A stretch of DNA of 64,000 nucleotides from an uncultured Bacteroidales bacterium (GTDB lineage Bacteria > Bacteroidota > Bacteroidia > Bacteroidales > UBA10428). Numbering within the stretch: position 1 is the first letter of the stretch; each line of letters opens with the position of its first letter. The stretch is taken from assembly GCA_963808745.1 (NCBI GenBank), contig CAWEGX010000012.1, positions 86,720 to 150,719 on the forward strand, in the 5' to 3' direction. Position numbers and translations under genes: made by a program. Below, piece by piece: positions 61,824 to 64,000 of this stretch. A model generated the notes under the pieces. It was not told the origin of the DNA. It worked only from the letters and a program-made list of their open reading frames with translations, and did no database searches.

Positions 61824-63279
61824 ATGAAAAAGTATATCATTATGATTTTGTCTTTTAGTTATGCTTACTGGCTGTAATCAAACTACACATCAAAATCAGA
61901 AGGCAGAAAAACCCAATGTAGTAATCGTATTTATAGACGATGAAGGCTATGGAGATGTTGGCTGCTATGGGGCAACAGGATTCGAAACTCCAAACCTTGA
62001 CAAGATAGCAAGTAAAGGAATGAGATTTACAAATTTCTACTCAGCTCAGCCTGTGTGCAGTGCTTCGCGGGCCGGACTTTTAACCGGTTGCTACCCGAAT
62101 AGAATTGGTTTTTCCGGAGCTTTATTCCCTAATGATACAATTGGCATAAATCCAAATGAGCTCACTATTGCTGAAATGTTTAAAGAACAAGGCTATGCTA
62201 CTGCCTGCTTTGGCAAATGGCACCTGGGCTGGCAAAAGGAGTTTTTACCCTTACAAAATGGTTTTGATGAGTATACCGGTCTTCCTTACTCAAACGATAT
62301 GTGGCCTAATGATAATGCAACCGGAGCAAGGTTGCCTGTAAGCGAAGAGCGGGGAAAATTTCCTGTACTTCCTTTAATTGAAGGTAATGAGGTAGTTGAT
62401 ACAATCGGAAGCCTTAAAGACCAGGATAAACTTACAACGCTTTACACCGAAAAAGCGGTTGATTTCATCAATAGAAATGCACATAATCCATTTTTCCTGT
62501 ATATCCCGCATACTATGGCGCATATTCCCCTGGGTGTTTCTGATAAATTCAGAGGTAAAAGCGAACAGGGACTTTACGGAGATGTAATGATGGAAATAGA
62601 CTGGTCGGTAGGCGAAATAAGCAAGGCATTAGAGAAGAATAATTTAACGGATAATACTATTTTGATTTTTACAACGGACAATGGGCCCTGGCTAAATTAT
62701 GGAAATCATGCAGGCTCGTCGGGCGGACTTCGCGAAGGAAAGACAACCAGTTGGGAAGGCGGACAAAGAGTTCCGTTTATTATTCGCTGGCCGGGAAAAA
62801 CTCCAGAGGGAACTATTTGCAATAAACTGGCTTGTGCGATTGATCTATTGCCAACACTGGCATCAATTATAAACGGCAGGTTGTCGGATAATAAAATAGA
62901 TGGCGTTGATATTTCATCACTTTGGAAAGGAGAATTTAAATCCGAACCCCGTGAAACGATTCTATATTATTATGGTAAAAATAATCTTAATGCTGTACGC
63001 AAAGGCAACTGGAAACTTGTGTTGCCCCATACCTGGTATTCATACAACACTAAACCTGGCATGAATGGATACGCTGGCGCCAGAGTAGAAATGACCATTG
63101 AAAAGGCAGAACTTTATAATATGATGCGTGACCCGGGAGAGCAATATAATGTAATTGAATATTACCCGGAAAAAGTAAAAGAACTAATGGAAATTGTGTT
63201 AAAATCCCGCGAAGAACTTGGGGACTTAAATGTTGGAATTGCGGCAGGAAGCGAAAACAGACAAATTGGCAAATATTGA
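61824..63279 (+). CDS. Cys-type S1 sulfatase (lipoprotein); indel near 61858 in the signal peptide
   Basis: KPNVVIVFIDD, CSASRAGLLTG, FGKWHLG, YSNDM, TDNGPW, EGGQRVP; MKKYII... start joins LTGC lipobox. Confidence 0.92.
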
Positions 63280-63281
63280 TG

Positions 63282-63915
63282 TCATGGTTTCTGTTTCCTG
63301 GAAAACATAATTCTTAACACGGGAAAAGATGCAATAGCAGCAAAAAGCAACAGGATATATACAGAATAGTTGATTACACCGGGATATGCCTTGCCAATGA
63401 AATATCCCAGGGGAACAAGGGAACCAACCCAGCAAATTGCCCCTGCCATGTTAAAGAGCAAAAACCTTTTTAGGAGAAATAGCAGTCGCACCGGCAATCA
63501 TGGGGACCAACGTCCGTATCACGGGCATAAACCGCCCCATTATAAAGGCCCACATGCCATAATGCTGATAAAACTTCTTACCGCGTTCCAGATATTCTAT
63601 CTTAAAAAAACGGGATTTGTTATCTGTAAAAAGTTTGCTTCCCAGCCACTTTCCTTTCAAGTAGCCTGTAAGATCCCCAAAAAAAGAAGCCAATATTAAC
63701 AATGTAACCAGCCAGAAAATAGAAATTTCTAAATAATGAGATCCGCAGAATATCCCGGCAGCAAATAACATATAGTCACCGCCTGGCAGAACAAATCCAA
63801 GAAAAAAGCCAGTCTCGATATAGATTATGGCTAAAACCAGCAATAGTCCACCTACCTCAATGATTTTGTGGGTATTGAAAATAAAACTCCAAAAATTACT
63901 GTCCAGAACAATCAT
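63282..63915 (-). CDS. DedA family membrane protein; frameshift near 63475
   Basis: ETGFFLGFVLPGG, GRFMPVIRT, FNMAGAICW. Confidence 0.9.
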
Positions 63916-63916
63916 A

Positions 63917-64000
63917 CTATTTGGTTTTTTTAGCCGGATGGATTCTCAGAGATAAAATAATGCTGGCAGCAATTATGGAAACAATGAAGAGCAATGACCA
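63917..64000 (-). CDS. 3' end of a membrane protein (TerC/Alx-like C-terminus)
   Basis: WSLLFIVSIIAASIILSLRIHPAKKTK*, stop 1 nt before the dedA start. Confidence 0.5.
   Translation of the reverse strand, partial: WSLLFIVSIIAASIILSLRIHPAKKTK

Noticed and set aside
297-63699. Numerous 60-230-aa ORFs antisense to or overlapping recognised genes (e.g. 3404..4051, 9653..10240, 53419..54099)
   Set aside because: Shadow ORFs without motifs, overlapping well-supported genes

Overview
64-kb chromosomal window of a Bacteroidota bacterium, probably an anaerobic Bacteroidales/Marinilabiliales-like organism (TAnnTTTG promoters, DUF5606, DUF3276, FeoA-FeoB fusion, NfnAB). Contents in order: his operon (hisG-D-C-B-purU-hisH-A-F') preceded by an unannotated 13-aa His6 leader peptide and attenuator; TetR-TolC-MFP-RND efflux operon; CBM9-like protein; S9 peptidase; PfkB kinase; NfnAB; YihY; housekeeping cluster (nusB, yajC, ybbR, coaE, djlA-like); feoAB; mtgA. 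Next is a tightly packed 9-gene operon joining leucine/isovaleryl-CoA catabolism (MCC beta, MG-CoA hydratase, MCC alpha, acyl-CoA dehydrogenase) to a mevalonate pathway (IDI-2, class II HMG-CoA reductase, GHMP kinase, MVD, MVK), with neither HMG-CoA synthase nor HMG-CoA lyase in the window. Downstream of tRNA-Arg(ACG) lies an accessory region: higBA bracketed by two inverted ~138-bp IS21-like MITEs, brnTA, and a glycoside hydrolase (GH95, GH78, beta-propeller, GH106)/URO-D-like/sulfatase cluster. Many genes carry single-base indels that look like long-read consensus errors. Intergenic regions hold many 7/8-mer tandem repeats and REP-like palindromes. All calls come from reading motifs by eye; no database searches were run.
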